Shown: positions 12,790 to 27,121, counted from the first letter of the stretch. The stretch: 64,000 nucleotides of DNA from Antedon mediterranea (GCF_964355755.1 NC_092679.1:10585432-10649431), one strand, 5' to 3'. Notes: generated by a model from the letters alone, not told the origin. Numbers and translations: made by a program.

Positions 12790-14373
12790 AGGGGGGTTCC
12801 GGGTTTAAAATGAATAGTAAAAAATGGAAAATATATTTGTTTGTCTCTTGAACGGTAAAAGTTTCAATTTATATAAGCGCCCAGTGAAGCAGAACGAAGG
12901 CTGTGAAATCAGGCCAGATTACAAGTGCAGCTACGGCAAAATCACACTGTGGTTACAAAATAGGAAATTCGTGAAATGGTCCATCTTCCGACGACTCGTT
13001 ATCATTAACCATATCAATTACTTTTGTAAAATTATACTTATCTGATGCAATTTTAGTCGGTCTTCCCATTTATAAAGTCAATTTTTTATGAAAATTCATC
13101 AAAACAGTGAAAAATTAGATATGTTTGCACTTTACGTTTGCCGATTTTCGCACCGACTTAGGGAAAAATCAAAATCAATGAAGCGTAACGTATACTGTAC
13201 ATTCCTGCTGAGGATCGAGCGAGACGACGATACACGTGCTCTCTCTGCTGCCCATGCCTGGCATCATCACGTGATAAGCAGATACAACAATACCAAACTG
13301 GTCGGGTCGAGTATACCCCGTCTATAATCACAACATGAACGATGTACAGTATTTGATTGAAGGTCGACTCGACCTACCGGAATGGTATAGATAATATAGC
13401 TCGAATGAGAGAGTTGGAATATTTGTGTAGTGCAGCCTATAGTAAAAGGCCTGGTAGTATCAATTCGCATAGGGTCTACTACACTAGCTAGCTCAATTTT
13501 TAACTGGGCCGGATCGGCTAGGTCTCCTTCCTACTACCTGGTCTACTTGCTTGATGCATGAGTATCCGCTTTTTTGGAGAGTAAACTAAGCCTATTTTAT
13601 TTTAGGCCTACTTAGACGATCGGGACACCATACGTGTGGACGGCGATCGGACCTTGTTTTGCTTCAATATTTACAGCCAATTTTGTAGAACGTTTTAGGT
13701 TTAGATTGTTTAGGAGTTTGGTTGATAGGATGGGTTTGTTATTTATGGGCCAAACGTCTAGTAGTAGGCTAGCTCTAGGCCCATGGGCCCCATTGTTTTA
13801 ACGTAGCCATCGTGGCATGGAATCCCTAGTCAGAATGGCTCTCGCCCATTAGGCTAGGCCTAGAGTAGTATTGTACGTGAAGCCGATAATACGATCTGTA
13901 CTATCATGGAGTTTTACTCCATGGTACTATAGAGGTATAAAAATAGTATAATTTATGACTCCGTAATCTGTACTAAATTTTGTATTTCATTAAATGTCAA
14001 ATAAATATATGCTACTACTGTTATTATTACACTTTAGGCCTAGCTTAGAAAATCTAAAAAAAATGTATTTCACAATGATCGGGTGGTCGTCGTTTGACAG
14101 GGGAGAGAGATGTAAATTAGTTGACAAACACAACGTACATGACGTCGCGAGTTTGGAATACGTGATTTTGTGAATATCTCATGAATATTAATGAGCTTCC
14201 CTAAGCTGCTGAAAAACAGACTTTCCATGAATTTACCCTAAAATGTATATGAAATTTAATTTTTTTAATTTCTCGTTATTACTTCTTCATTCTGACATGT
14301 CTATATTGCTATAATATTTTTTATTTAATAAATAAACGATATTTAAAAGCAATTTTAAACCCAGAATCCCCCT
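12790..14373. mobile_element. Kolobok-type non-autonomous DNA transposon (~1.6 kb)
   Basis: TTAA|AGGGGGGTTCCGGGTTTAAAAT ... ATTTTAAACCCAGAATCCCCCT|TTAT: RR..YY termini and TTAA-type target. Confidence 0.75.
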
Positions 14374-16367
14374 TTATTAAGCTGCAGCTTACAGGTCTTC
14401 GCCTCCTAGACCCTTTATACTAAATCTTTTTTATTGCCAAATCAAACAAATTTGCATTACTCTACCTTCTTTTCCACCTACATATTGTAAATGTTTACTC
14501 ACAGTAGGCCTTCCTACAGTAACTGCAGCAATTTCTAAACGATGGTTGTGTGAAAGTGCACATGCCTAGTGCGGTTTCATTTAAACAAGTTTGGTCTAAT
14601 AATAATTGTAGGCTTATTAAAAAATACTAATCTTCACTTGGGACCAATTTTGATGAATAAAAATGAAATGAATGAAAATTAATGTCAATAGATTACGTAT
14701 ACTAATGAAGTGATCAGATTAAAACAAAATAATGATGACCTCCACTACACAATACTTAAGTGCCTTCAGCAATTTACCTACAAATGCCTTCAATTATGAA
14801 CTCAACAAAATCAATCTGTAAAATGTGGTGTAAATGCAGAAATCTATTGTGAAATTAAGTTCAAATTTTGCTAAATAAATTAGCGCCATGGGGAAGGCAA
14901 AAGAATTGAGAAGTTGCATGACATCAATATTTGAAAGCACTGTACACGGTTTTTTTTTTGTAGAACATTTGCCTCAAGGCATTACTACTAGTTTCCACTG
15001 GAATTCATTATACCATGGAGTTACTCCATGATTATACACAAATTTAGAGTGGCAAATTAAATCCAGTCTTTTTATACTATAACGGGAATATAAAAATGGT
15101 ATGTAACTGTAGGGATTTGTGAGTATCAACGTCATGACTACAATCTTCCTCTCAATAGGAAACTTGTTGTCATGTTTTGAAACTGTTTCATACCTTCTGG
15201 CCTCTTGTAAATAATTGTTTGTATAGCTGTGTTCATCCATAGTACTTATTTTGTAAATTAGTTATAAAGACATTTATAAGGGCCTTGAAATAGCTCCAGG
15301 CTCTTTTGATATTTAACAAAACCCTGTGATACATGTAAAATTTAACAATAACAAATCATTAAAATTGGAAAGCAATTGGAGTTACCTTTATTCTTTACAA
15401 ACTTTTGTACTTGACATATGTTGATGTTGTAATTTAAGAAAATGGAATAAATAAATAATTACTACAAAATTAACAAATAAATCTGGACAATTGTGTTAAG
15501 TAGTAGCCACCTCCTTCAACACACAATAAGCTGATACTTTAATAAGCGTAAAGTTTTTAATAATCTTACACATTTTTAAAAAACGGATTCAGTACATGCC
15601 CGATTAATACTTTTCTGAAGCTGTCAGTGTCATGGTCAATTGAAATAGTATAATTAAAATGTTATAGATGATTACAAGACTACAAAAGAACCATTATGAA
15701 TAATTTGGTTTTTATTAACTTCATCTACTAAAGTTCACTTTGTTTTTTAAAATGCACATATTTTTATTGAAAGTCATTTTCAATTTAAATAGTACAGTAG
15801 ATGCACAGTGGCTTAACACTTTTGTTTTAATCATTAATAATGAATTACCTAACTCATTAGGTTTTGAAAATTAGTACCAAAGTATGTACCAACTTTCTAT
15901 ACCCTCCCTTACATATATATAGATTTCATGATTTTTCAATAGCGTACAGGTATTTTAAATTAATGTGCTATTGTGATTCTATTTGTAGCATAATGCATTA
16001 CTGTGTGCATAAATGAAATTTCATGTTACAATTCAACATGCCATTTTCTAACCAGAGATATTTCTATAATTTATGTAAACACTTCAGGGACTACCTGATA
16101 TTGCTTTAAAAAAAAACCTAAAAAAAAAAAAATGTACCTCCATAGTTCATAATTTACATCTAAATGTTCATTTTAACAACTATATTAAAAGATGAATGGC
16201 CTTTTCCAAACTAGATGATTTAGCCAACATATATTCCGATGCCTAAAAATTAGAGGATATGCTTCTGCATGTTGTTGAATGAGTATTGGATTTGTATAAA
16301 TAAAAATAACATGTTGTGTGAAATACACAACATAAAAGGCATACAAAAATAAATATAAAATTATTAA

Positions 16368-16872
16368 AGACACTAGACCTACATATTTTGGACCTAATTT
16401 AAGGCCACACACTACATTTTATGTAAAAATAAATACTATATGAATATATTGCGATCATTTTTTTGTCGTAACAATTACAAGTGTGAAAAATAAGTCGATT
16501 CGATTCTAATTTAAGCGGCCCGCTTTAAATCCCAACATGCATTGCGCGCGGATTTATATTTTTATATTGTGATGTGATTCATCTACTTCAACTGATCACG
16601 TGAAACTGTAAGCGAAATAACAGGTCTTTCCCAATTTGTATAAACAGATTCTGCCAACAAAAGGAAAGACAATTAATTCAGCACTGAGACTTCCTAGAAA
16701 CTTCTAAGAGAGAACTTTCGATGCAAGCTACTTAGGTAGTGCATTGTTTTTCTATTTCTATCATAATTAACCTTAGAATGCACATTTATGAAATGACCCG
16801 GTTTAATGCTTTTAAAGTTATATATATGCATTATTTTTAAAAAACGTAGAAAAAATTGCAGGTCTAGTGTCT
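16368..16872. mobile_element. Kolobok-type MITE; related partial copies at about 20480-20960 and inverted at 36790-36920
   Basis: TTAA|AGACACTAGACCTACA ... TGCAGGTCTAGTGTCT|TAA. Interior 16540-16840 aligns with 20595-20965. Confidence 0.75.
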
Positions 16873-17194
16873 TAAACTTAAAATGAATCAAAATAAATGT
16901 AAAAATAATAAAATGCAGTGTGTAATACAAAACATGGCATCCAAGAAAAAATACAATGTGTCTTGCCAAGGACATAAGCAATGCAACTAGGGTTGGTCTC
17001 AAATGCCTAACACACAGTGCCATACTTCATTTATCAGCAAATAGTAAATATTATTCTTGTTAAATTTACTATTTTCTCCAACATGATCAATTGTCGAAAA
17101 TAGTAAATCTACACTTGGTCCCATGATGTTCTTTCAACCAAACGTTTGAGCCATATAACAAGAAATTATGTCCTACCATTCAATTTCTGTTTAT

Positions 17195-17316
17195 TTATGT
17201 TCTATCTGGACTAGCAGACATTGTATTTTGATTGGCTGATGGCATGACATCCGCAGAATATACTTGACTAGTAGATATGCAAGAAGTACTTGTTGACTGA
17301 CCAATGTTACTAGAAC
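17195..17316 (-). CDS. INO80: Probable INO80 terminal coding exon
   Basis: Acceptor gtttcattgcag. Phase 1 fits the GC donor at 31090. Encodes Ser/Thr-rich (G)SSNIGQSTSTSCISTSQVYSADVMPSANQNTMSASPDRT*; AATAAA overlaps the stop. Low sequence conservation, so assignment rests on phase and composition. Confidence 0.6.
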
Positions 17317-18758
17317 CTGCAATGAAACATTAAGTAATAGTTATATCTTTATAAGAATTTGCAACTTACTGTAACCATGACTTTTTAAAATGTCTAAACT
17401 TACATTTTATTGATATTCCCAATAAAAAGTTACTAGTAAGGCAAACCATAGGTTTTACAAACCCTACCATGACATAGCATGAAGAGAACAATCAATACAT
17501 GACAATAGTACCAATAACAAAAACAAAATATATTTAATGTGTCTACTTGCATAATTTGTTTAAAATAGGGAAATTGATTGGGTTCACAAATTATTTCACT
17601 TAAAACCTCTATTATAAATTAATCATCAGTTACTATAAATATGCTTAGAATTGCTTGTGTGAAAATTGCCTTAACATCAATTTAATTAATTTGTTGGACA
17701 CCTAACGTAATAATTTCACAAGTCTGAAAACAATTGGTTTAGGAAGTTTTCATTTTGTTAAGCCAAATGACAATGATTTTATGCAATAATAATACAAAAA
17801 AAAAACAACAAAAAAAGCTGGTCAATACAAACGAAATACTGCCAAATAGGTCTGTTGTCTTTGGAGTAATTGTTAAAACCAACACCCACTTTACGCACGA
17901 GCACATTCAATAATTAACCCAACAAAAAGCATTGGTAGGTTCATGGAGAAATAATTATCCATGGTAGGTTTAAATATAAGCCATGTTATCAATAATTTTG
18001 TGCTTGAATGCTTAATGATCCTGATGTTGTATCTATTGTTGCATCATTGTAGGTCAACTTCCCATTACTTTCTTAAACTGTAAAAGAAGCTTTAAAGGGG
18101 AAAACCTGCAATTGCATTTTTCTAGACAGCATTTGGTTTAATATTTGTGAAAAGAAAGAAAACATTGAAATAAAACCACACCTAAAAAAGAGTAGAAAAT
18201 ACATGACAGTCAAGTCCCTTTTATTATGACATTTCAAACTTGGAAACAATTAGCAGTGCAAACAAAAATAAATAATGGGGTTTTGTCTCTTTGTCTTAAT
18301 CATGGGAAAAATTAAAATGACAAATAAGATTAACAAATTAATGTTGTTATAAGACCATCTTTTTAAGATTGTGTGTCAAGTTCAGTTTTCTGTTCCAATT
18401 GCTACATGATTTATTTTATTTAATAATAAGTATTTTCTTACTATTAAACTGGTTTGGAAATTACCCAGTAATTTTCAAGAAAATACCAAAACTTACCAAT
18501 AGGAGGGATCTAAATTTTATTTTTCTTGAGAAATTCAACACTATACCATTCTGCAAAAACTGAGGAAGCTAGAGGCAATTTCTCAAGGGCTAATTTTTAG
18601 ACTGTCCTGTAATTAACACTGTAAAAACCTATTTTGTGTTTACATATTCCACACCTTTAAAATCGGAAACCTTTTGAAATATTTATGGGAAAGACTCAGT
18701 TGGAAGCCTGCTGCTGCTACTCAGCACATGCTGAACAATGATATTGACTAATAATAAT

Positions 18759-19136
18759 AACTAGATTTAATTCGTCACTATGATGAATTATAGGTTATAT
18801 GCATTGGTTTAAATAAAGATAATTGATTTTTAAAAGATATATAATGAAACGAAATAAGATTTTTTTTATTATCCATATTGTTTGTTCAATTTTATTTCTT
18901 ATTGTATAGATTATACACATGATTTATAATCAAATCTAGTATATAAAGTAACTTACGTCTTTATTATTACCGTATTATTATTTAACAAATGTGGTTTATG
19001 ACATTATACGCAGAAGGATCTTTGATCGGATTGTGATATCGGCTATGTGCGTTAGCAAAATACTATCTTCATATATTATAAAGATCGATCCTGACAAAAT
19101 CAATAATTATCATTGTCATGCATATAACCTACTAAT
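18759..19136 (+). mobile_element. Short Helentron-associated (HINE-like) element
   Basis: Starts AACTAGATTT..TTCGTCAC...TAGGTTATATGCA and ends TGCATATAACCTA (subterminal inverted repeat). Same start motif at 49841. Confidence 0.6.
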
Positions 19137-21979
19137 AATAAAAAAAGAAGAAGATAACTATGCTCATACTAGCAATTCACGTTTTGGCGATTGGAGTTGC
19201 CAATTAGAGAAAAAAAAACTGGAGAAAAGGCAAAAGTCAACATCACCCTCTTAGATTTGAGAAAAGGTGCTACAAGCTCTGAGTGAGGGGATTCCACTTT
19301 CAGTTTAGAAAAAAAATAAAAAATTATAAATTCGCTTGTGTGCAAGTATTTTTGTTATATTTATTGCAAAAATCAACACATAGTCCAATACATCAACATT
19401 TAGTTATTGGTGTAATCCAGGAGAAAATGTGGAAAACTGGGAGCACAATGTTAGGAAGAGTCTAAATTACGAGAGTCTCTCAGTGTTGGTATGTATGCAA
19501 ACATTCTAGTTAACTTGTTATAACTCTACTGGTGTCTATTTTCATTACAGTAAGCTGTTTAAAACAAGCTATTGTAAATTAAAGAAATATCCTTAAAATA
19601 ATAAAATTGGTAATAATTAGCAAATTAATTCCATAGGTATCATGCAGTGACTTGCATTCACAGAATTAGGAAGAATAACATAACCAAGCATACTATGTTA
19701 CCAAGTCAACAACAAAACCAGCTGATACAGTAATAAATAGATGATGTTTTGATATAATAAGTACTGTTAGAAGTCAGTGTACTGACAAGGTTTTTGTGAT
19801 GAACATTTGTATAGTTTTTAATTGATTTGATTTTGTGTTAATATTTCCAGCAGACAGTGTGTTTATATGGCAAGTTAGTTGCCACGGTGAATTGTTGTAA
19901 TGAAATAACTCTAATATTAGGATCAACTATATTTTATAAACAAAGTCAAAAGTTATTGGTAATTTAGTTTAAATGCAACTTTCAAGTAATTAGTCATTGA
20001 CTAAATTTTATTAAATAATTGGCTTCGATAAATACAAATTTGGTTTCATTTATAAAACTTTTATAATATATTATCTCCATGATTTTGATTATTATATTAC
20101 TTGCTTAGTTAAAGATACTTTTGATATCGAGGAATTATGTTTTTCACAGGGGATTATATTTTCCCAAAGTGCATTGGTCACTGAAGTCAGTTTTGGAAAA
20201 AAATGACATTAGATCAAATATAAACATAAATGCTCTGAACAACTTGCATTCAATCTTATGTCTCAATGCCTAGCTTACTGTACTAGTTATGTAAGAAGAC
20301 TGGGAAATGCCAGAAATGGTAGTTGTTGCAGCCACTTTTTAGAGTGAATATAAATACAGTATGTTTTGAACAATTTGACACTAAATGAATCCTGCATTGG
20401 TTGAAAATTACCCAGTTTTCCTAAAGTATGTTTAAAAAACCTAAACATTCCTTTTTTATTCCAAAATTAGTACCTATCTATGTTTTTTTTCACATACTAC
20501 ATGTTATGTAAACATAAGTACTAAAAAAACCTATTGCGATAATTTAAAAAATTATAAGTAGATTCTAATCATTTGACTGGCCCCCTGCAAATGCCAGAAT
20601 GCATCGCGCACGAATTGATATCTTCATATTGTGATGTGACCATCGATTGTGATAGGGTAAACAAATAAAGAAACTGTAACTTTTCAGCGAAAATACCAGG
20701 TCTTCCCAAACTTGTAATAACAGTTTCTGCCAAAAAAAGAAAGACAATTAATTCAGCAACAAGACAACGTCGGACCAGGCCTACAGCTAGCGTATGACCA
20801 GCTAGGCCTATACTAATCCAAGTTAGGCCTAGAGACGTCTACGAGAGAACATTCGACGTAAGCAACTTAGGTAGTGAATTGTTTTCCTCTTTTTATTATA
20901 ATTAACCTTAGAAGGCATATTTAAGACTGGTTTCATGTTTAAAGTGTTATATATGCATTATTTTTACAATTTTAATGTTCCCAAACTGGCCAAATTTTAT
21001 AGTCAATGTATTTAAAAAGAATGTCATAGGATGGATGTGTAAAACAAAAGTGCTATTAAAAGGTGGTACCAATATGAAATGAACATGGACTTTGTTTAAC
21101 TCTCTCATAATGTTATAGTGCTGGAAAATAGAAGAGCACACACATAAATAATAATAAATACCTTTCAGGTTTTGCTTTTCCCTAAACAAGAATTAATTTA
21201 GATTGCACTACCTACATTATGATAATACAATTCATGTAATTGATATACAGATACTGATCTGTACCAACATTATATGTTGTTTGGTGAAACATACTAAGTA
21301 ACAAAAAAAGGATAAACATTAAAAGATTAAAGGTTGTGTATTACTGTCCAAAAGAAGCAAGGAAATACCATCAACAATTCTTCCTTAGTCACACTACAGC
21401 ACTTCATCCTTTGCACCTTAGAAATAGATGGCAGCAAACACTTATTTATTAATGAATCCAAACACATAAACTATTTTTTTTAACAAAAAGCTGTTCATAT
21501 CTTAATTTGGACACACAAGCAGGGAACTTTACAGTTAATATTATACAGTTGATTTTGTTCACTAATTTCTTTATTCACTAATTATTCAATTACTGTATCT
21601 TTATGGATTCTAATCATGAATGTTATTATTTGTGATTCGTACTAGGCGGTTATCATTTTTTAGGTGCTCTGCATTTCAGCATGCATGAATTGTGCTAAAC
21701 TTTCTATCGCCACAGTGAATCTTTTTGCTCGTATTCCATTGAGCTTAAAAAATATTTTCATTGTGCTATCGTCAAAACAAATTTGTTCTGATGGAATGTG
21801 GGAATTTTCCAGAAAGGTCAGACAGTATTCCCCATCTCAATTTGATTTTCAAAACAAAATGAAGAGTTTTTATTTTATTTTCTGGAAATTTGGGAGGGAA
21901 CTGCTTAGTTATTATTATTTTATTGAGCAGTTAGGTTTGTATTGTTTAGAAGTACAGAAAACAAAAACAGTCCAATAAG

Positions 21980-22620
21980 TCTTAATGTCAAGGTGGGCAA
22001 TTCTAACATAATGATGGAACTTGATAAAGGTGTATCTTGATCTACTGTTTCAGAAACTGTATATAATACTATGTTAAGTCAAAATCCTTTGCAAAGTAAT
22101 TAAATTAGGTAATTATACAGGTGAAGAAGTCTCGGTTGTTCGAAGTGTAAGAGTTCCAGTTCAGTATTTTTATTTGGAACTTGTAGTTAAAGGAAAACGT
22201 TCAGCTTTGTTTGGGAGAGATTGGCTCAAATTAGATTGGAAAAGTAGTTTCACTGTTAGGCATATGCTACGAAATGTGGTAAAAATACCCACATCTAAGT
22301 CATTTCCCAATGCCTTTAATGATACGGAGAATACTGGTATAAAAGGTGTCACAGCATCATTTAAGTTATTAAATCCTGATGCTAAACCGTTTTCCAGCAG
22401 GCTCGCCTTATTCCATACTCAATGATAGAGAGTGTAGAGGCTGAGTACACTAAACTAATTAAATCTCAAATGTTGCAACCATTGGAACTTAGTGAGTGGT
22501 CCTCTCCAGTGGTACACATCCATAAGAGTGATGGGTCAATTACAGTAGCTGTGATGCAGCAATTACAAAGCAATTAACAAATTAATTGATTAATTGATCT
22601 TTTGCAAAAGGTACACAGCC
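21980..22620 (+). mobile_element. Degenerate Gypsy LTR-retrotransposon pol fragment (protease to RT start)
   Basis: MELDKG..STVSE (decayed DTG), YTGEEV, LVVKGKRSALFGRDWL, PYSMIESVEAE...SEWSSPVVHIHKSDGSI; stops and frameshifts. Confidence 0.85.
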
Positions 22621-22675
22621 AAAAATGGGAGCTGTGCATTTAACCAACTGTTGCTGAATAAAGAATCCTCTAAAT

Positions 22676-23015
22676 TTCATTTCATTTTTTCGTCTAAAAA
22701 AAAACAAATAAAATACACAAACATATTAAATAACAGCCAGAACATGAGACATGGCATCCCAAAAGTGAACTAAATCACTGTCGGGTGGGGACCCTTAGCA
22801 TTAAAAACAGTAGAATTTAATTATTAAAATGGGCCCCAAGCACTGAGCCCTGGGGAACTCCAGACTGTACAAGACAGCAAAGTGAAGATGCACCCTCTCA
22901 ATTTTACTTGTTGATGTCTTCCAAAAAGGAAGGAAGCAAGCAACTGTAAAACAGGACCACAGATCCCATAGCAATGCAGCTTCTCCGGCAATATTTGATG
23001 GCTAATTCTATCAAA
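22676..23015 (-). mobile_element. CR1-like RT fragment joined to its 3' tail (internally deleted)
   Basis: RISHQILPEKLHCYGICG...FLFGRHQQVKL...SGVPQGSVLGP, followed by stem-loop-like sequence and (TGAAA)n tail at about 22676-22690. Confidence 0.75.
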
Positions 23016-24216
23016 AGCCTTGCTGCTAAAGTATTTTCAAAACACACGCACTACATCAGCGTCACGTTGTCTAGCTCGCTCATTGTGTAAATGCCAAAGT
23101 CATCATTCTTAAAAAATACACCATTTCAGTTAATTACCACCCTGATCCGTGTGTGCTTGTGTTAGTGGTATTCTTATTTACTCCCCTGTACAGAGTGGAG
23201 TGTATAATATCCTGAAGTTTTTTCTCATGTACAAAGGTTTTTTATATAATAACGGTGCAGTATAAACGATAATAATAAAAGAGAAACATGGTGTTCTGTT
23301 ATTATTTTATAGGCATGAATTAAACATGAAATGTCTTGTATGTAAACGGCCGAAAATGTGTAGCGTATTTGGCGTTTTATTGATTTTGTGTTATAGACAC
23401 AGCGATTACTGCAATCATTTGTATACTAAATTACATTGAGTTATTCACCCAGCTATAGGATATATATCAGAGGTAACAGACCACCACAACACAGTACACA
23501 CAAGTGCACCATATCGGAGGCATTTTTTGAGTACCGCATGATCAAAAGTTTTTTTATCAAAGTTTATTATTAGGATTTATTTAAATTTACATTATGTAAC
23601 CTTTGTTATTAAATGTGATGGAAACAGTTGCTCTAGCCTATTAAACAGTGTGTAAGCATCTATTTTTGCAAAATTGTTCTGACGCTCGGAGAGAGGGACA
23701 GCCCCTCCCAAACCCACTCCTTGTTTGCCACTTTCATGGCCATGCAAACTATCAAATATCCTAAATCCACCCATGTACAATGAATGAATATACACTGTAT
23801 GTTACACATACAATTTTTAACATGGATAGCAAAAGGTGTTATATTGGTACAACATGAGGAACAAACAAGCAGTAATATAAGTAGAACTAATATATAATGC
23901 ATATTATCTGTTTTAAGTGGTCAAGGAGATTTATTTACAATGTGTAAATTTGGTTACACTATTTGCATTTAAATATAATTACTTTACCGATTGTATTTCC
24001 TGTTCCATTTCAAAATATCTTTGTTAAAAATGAATTAACTGACATGGAAGATACATGTCATGCAAAAATACTGTCACGAAATCTGATACAACATTTCCTG
24101 CTTTCTTTGAATATCAACAAACATACTTTTATTTTAAAGGTAGTGAAAGGATTAAAATATTTTGCAAACCTTTTCTATAATATTCACAAAAAAAGAAGAA
24201 TGCCTATTTCATCATG

Positions 24217-24480
24217 AGGTGGTTTCCCGAAAGATCGTAAAATCAAAACGGTACTGGGTATGACCAACTAGCGTTCTTGTCACCAACTAGTCATCCATTC
24301 ATAGAAGTACTGATGTAGTAGCCTATCTGTATGGTGACCATAGAATGTGACTCGAGACATGACTAACTACGACTTTTAGTTGATAGAAGATTGACAAAAT
24401 TTTGTTAAGAAGAGTTGTACTGTATGTGGATGTTAAATGAAATTATGTCAATAATGATAACACACTAGGCATATAAATAG
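24217..24480 (+). repeat. Dispersed ~265-bp repeat, near-identical copy at 39524-39788
   Basis: Both start GAGGTGGTTTCCCGAA and end CTAGGCATATAAATAG. Confidence 0.9.
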
Positions 24481-25199
24481 TAATGTTTGTTAGTATAAAT
24501 AATTTAATAAGATATAAGGAAGAAAAGCAAAGAGACCATGGAGCGGCTATTCCTGAATATACAATACTAAGTATCGTAGTTTTAAATTATAAATTTTAGG
24601 CGATCTTGTCAAAGGTCAAGCGCCTATAGTCTGTTACGTTTCGATATTCATTTGAGATTTAATTAGTTGTGCTTCTTCATAACCAGAAGCAAATAAATTT
24701 ATTTTTGTAGAATAAATACATCTTTTCAAAATTTAGTTTGTTATCATATTGGTAGGAAAGGCATATAAGCCATGTAAATTGATGTGTACTGTAGTAATTA
24801 TTCTGAATTATAATATCTGCTATTTTAAATTATTTTCCATAGCAACAGCACGTCTTGCAATCAATAATTTTGTATTTATTGTAAAACAGCAATTCAAGGT
24901 ATAAAACATTAGCAAAGCCATTTATTAAAAATAAAATGCTATGGAATTACCAGGCTTACTTGAATAAAATAAAAGAAAATGATTGTATGGTTTTTAAACT
25001 TTTAATATTATTAAAGTTACATTTTTCTTTGTCTATTGTGGAAGCTAAACATTCAAATGTACTGTACTTTTGATTGAAAAATTTACTCTTCTGCAATGCA
25101 AACAAGTTCACCTAAGGTGATAACACTGGTTTTCACCAAAATCACCAAAAATAAATAAGCATTGAACTATAAACAGGGGAAGATTGAGGGTAGGGTTAA

Positions 25200-26845
25200 T
25201 GGTTATATAACTAAGTAGAAAGCTAATATTTTGTGTCATTCATGCTTTGTACATTACCTGATGAGTGTGGACAGCTCATGAAACAAATTTGTAGTAATAA
25301 AGCACCATGAAGTAACCTAGTTCATAGTTTTTGTTGTTGTATCTTCATTGAGAGCCAGCCACTGATACCCACAGCATTGTCATTTTTTCAGTAATTTGCC
25401 TTTGGATTTATATATATTTTCTACTGTTTGTATCAATTTTAATCTGACTTTTTGTTGTACGTAATCCTGGAGGTAACTTTGGATAACTTTACCAAATTAC
25501 GTCGCCTGTCCAAGAAATGTGTCAGGTATCGTCATCATTTACATACTTTTCTTTTACATCGTTCTAAACATTCGGCCCCTAAAGGACTTCAATTTTATGT
25601 CACATCTGGTATTCGTTTTGCAGATGATGGCATGTGTTCTCGTTGGAACGCTGTCCTTTACAAAAATGCTTGTCAACTCATTGAGATCCAAATTGGAAAT
25701 TTCCGCAAAGTCCTCACTGAAATTCACTCTAGAACTAAGAAGTTGAAAAGAGAACTTCCTGCATCTGAGTTTCAAAACAAACTCAGGATTATCGCCAATG
25801 ATTGTTGTAATGGCCCGAAGGGGACATCACAAATTTGGTCTATCTGCATTTCAACGGATGATTTCAGGGCTTTTAGGAAACCCTGCCGTTCGGACTTATA
25901 ACAATAATCGGAGCAACACCTCTGATTCAGTTGTTGAAATGAATTGTCGACTTTCCGAAGGAGAGAAAAAACTTCTTTCCCGAGGACTTAAATTCTGCCC
26001 AAAACTAAGGCAAGTCGGCGCACAACACTAACTTTGGATATGGAGTCTCTCTCCAGAAGATTACGATTACGTGAATTTTTTTCTGATTCAGACAGCAGCA
26101 CCACGCAAAACGAAGACACCATTAGCAAATTTAAACCAAAAAGTTATTTAGTTTAGTTATTTATTCAGGCTATTGAGGAGGATGTACAAAACTACGTCCC
26201 GGGTCCATTTAAACGTGACAATCTCTCAAAACAAGAGACTAGGCCATTGCCAAATTGCGTCAGCACAACAATATCATCATTAAACCCGCTGATAAAGGTT
26301 CTGCCACTGTGGCTATGGACATCATTTTATGAAGAGGAGTCCTTAAGACAGCTAAAAAATCCCCTTCATTATCGTAAACTTACAATGGATCCCACCCCGA
26401 AAATTGCAGATAAGATGGCTAAATCTGTTTCTGTGATGGTAAAAAAACACTCCATCGATCCTAAGATTGGACCTCATTTGGCACAGGTTAATATGAGTTC
26501 CAGGCCGATTTATTTCCTACCTAAAATCCGCAAAGCAGGCAGTCCTGGTAGACCCATTATTTCGGGCACTGGCACTGCTACAGAGAAAATTTCTGAATAT
26601 GTGGATGATTTACTTAGACCATATGTGACTGATCTCCCTTCATACATTCAGGACTCCACGTACTTTATCCGCAAAATTAACCAAATTCAAAATTTACAAT
26701 TTATTTATAATTCTGTTCTGGCTACATTAGATGTTTCATCGTTGTATACTAATATCCCTCATGTATTTTAAATTACAAACAAATTCCAGACAAAACACCT
26801 ACTAAAGCTCATTTACGAGAACTGGTCATGTTGATTTTAACCAAC
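25200..26845 (+). mobile_element. Penelope-like element, 5' portion (pLTR, N-terminal region, RT start), degenerate
   Basis: LSEGEKKLLSRGLKFCP; IIKPADKGS; YFLPKIRKAGSPGRPIISGTGTATEKISEYVD...YIQDST...LATLDVSSLYTNIPH. Frameshifts; truncated before YxDD. Confidence 0.93.
25243..25304 (+). ncRNA. Type I hammerhead ribozyme in Penelope pLTR
   Basis: TGCTTT-gtac-ATTAC | CTGATGA | GTGTGGACAGCTCAT | GAAAC AAATTT GTA | GTAAT-AAAGCA. Core boxes intact, stem I pairs, stem III palindromic (ACAAATTTGT), stem II weak. Confidence 0.85.
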
Positions 26846-27121
26846 AAGAACAAGAACTAGGAAGTCCTTTTGTTGTAAATAGCATTAATATGTACAATTC
26901 TAACGTTTAACGATAACTCATTGCTGTCATTTTTGTTTTGAATTCTTAATTGTTTTAACAGTATTTTACATGGCCTATGGCATTTTTGCAATCTGCATTT
27001 TGAATAGTTGTTCAACAGTATTTTAACATATATAGGCCTATAAATTGTAGTTTTTTCATAATTATGCCAAGCAAAATGAATTTCCATTTTAATGTGGACC
27101 AATAAAATTTCTTGAATCTTG
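26845..27121 (+). mobile_element. Rex1/Babar LINE 3' end
   Basis: RTRKSF-like end and 3' UTR ending CAATAAAATTTCTTGAATCTTG; reverse complement matches 54985-55250. Confidence 0.7.

Noticed and set aside
14974-15240. 88-aa minus-strand ORF downstream of the INO80 stop
   Set aside because: No recognisable domain or splice context.
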